A DNA stretch of 64,000 bases from Octopus sinensis (Eukaryota), in NCBI RefSeq assembly GCF_006345805.1, contig NC_043009.1, forward strand, positions 16,740,001 through 16,804,000. Reading direction: 5' to 3'. Made by a program: the position numbers and the translations under genes. Of this stretch, positions 62,901 through 64,000 are shown piece after piece. Position 1 is the first letter of the stretch. Each line of letters opens with the position of its first letter. Below the pieces are notes generated by a model, which worked only from the letters and a program-made list of their open reading frames with translations, had not been told where the DNA came from and did not search any database.

Positions 62901-63566
62901 GTTAGTATTGAATGATACTTTACAACCTCATGGCTTCTCAATTTCCAGTCTAACCTTGCAGTTGTCTGTCCTGCAATTGAGATTACATGAATTAGGTAAT
63001 CCAACACCTCAAACATGCATGAGTAACTTAAACTTATTGCTGATCAAGTGTTTGATATTGTTTTCTCTTGTATAAACTAATGCATTTTATATTGTTTTAT
63101 GCTTACAAACTACTATGGTGAAATATATTTTTTATCAAGTAACACCTTTGATAATCAAATAAAATATCTACTTACTTGCTATATGTTTACTTTACTCTTA
63201 TCTAACTTTATTTATTAATTTTTTTAATTTTTAATATTTGCCTTTACTTAATCTGAAAATAGATTACAACAATTGTAACTGGGAGAATATACCTCAGGTG
63301 AACATATGGCATACTAAGTATAAATATGTTACTATCTCAGGTACATAATATAGTGAGTTGAAAAGCTCCAGTTAACTGCAAAATTAAAAATCTAAAACAT
63401 TGCCAGGAGTATTGGGAATTTAAAAACGACAAAAAGATAACACCAAGAAAATAATTTCCTTGCAATTTGGGAAACAATAGATGATGGACTGCAGGAATGG
63501 AACAGTCTTTAAAGCAACAGGCATGTTTTAGTCATGTTTCAGACCCAAGGAATTATATATCATCAT

Positions 63567-64000
63567 ATTATCATCATCGTTTAACATCCGCTTTCCATGC
63601 AAGCATGGGTTGGACGATTTTGACTGAGGGCTGGAGAACCAGACGGCTGCACCAGGCTCCAATCTTGATCAGGCAGAGTTTCTACAGCTGGATGCCCTTC
63701 CTAATGCCAACCACTCCGAGAGTGTAGTAGCTGCTTTTTACGTGCCACTAGCACGGGGCCAGTCTGGCAGTACTGGCAATGACCTCACTCAAAACTTTTT
63801 ACACATGCCACCGGCACAGGTGCCAGTAAGGCGATGTTGGTAACGATCACGCTCGAATGGTGCCCTTTTACATGCCACTGGTATGGAGCCAGTTGGCTGC
63901 TCTGGCAACGATCACACTCAGATGGTGCTCTTGGCACCCTACTAGCACGGGCACAAGTGCCAGTAAGGCGGCTCTGGTAACGATCACACTCGAATGGTGC
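63567..64000 (-). mobile_element. RTE-tail repeat with internal ~65-bp tandem units (runs off the window)
   Basis: Repeated GGyAACGATCACrCTCGAATGGTGC...TGCCACyGGCAC units; analogous to 8847-9177. Confidence 0.8.

Overview
AT-rich, repeat-dense animal genomic DNA, most likely from an octopod cephalopod (inferred from the SINE/RTE repeat landscape; not verified by search). A CpG-retaining block (~20.7-27 kb) appears to hold the 5' ends of two divergent genes. On +, an ATP10-type P4-ATPase flippase has coding exons at 24858-25255 and 62696-62900, joined in phase by a 37.4 kb intron. On -, a 26-codon first exon (21447-21370) resembles the start of COMMD8. The rest is intronic transposon debris: RTE, CR1 and Dong/R4-like LINEs, tRNA-derived SINEs, mariner and Tc1 elements, TTAA- and 8-bp-TSD MITEs, a decayed Gypsy, and Penelope-like elements. 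The most unusual signals are: (i) a non-autonomous LTR element with a regular 43-44 bp array of tRNA-Trp primer-binding sites separated by unrelated spacers, partly absorbed into its LTRs; (ii) a 292-bp tandem repeat carrying a minimal type I hammerhead ribozyme (retrozyme-like), plus several decayed hammerhead cores in Penelope-type foldbacks; (iii) a possible conserved COMMD8-ATP10 head-to-head gene pair. Boundaries of old repeats are approximate.
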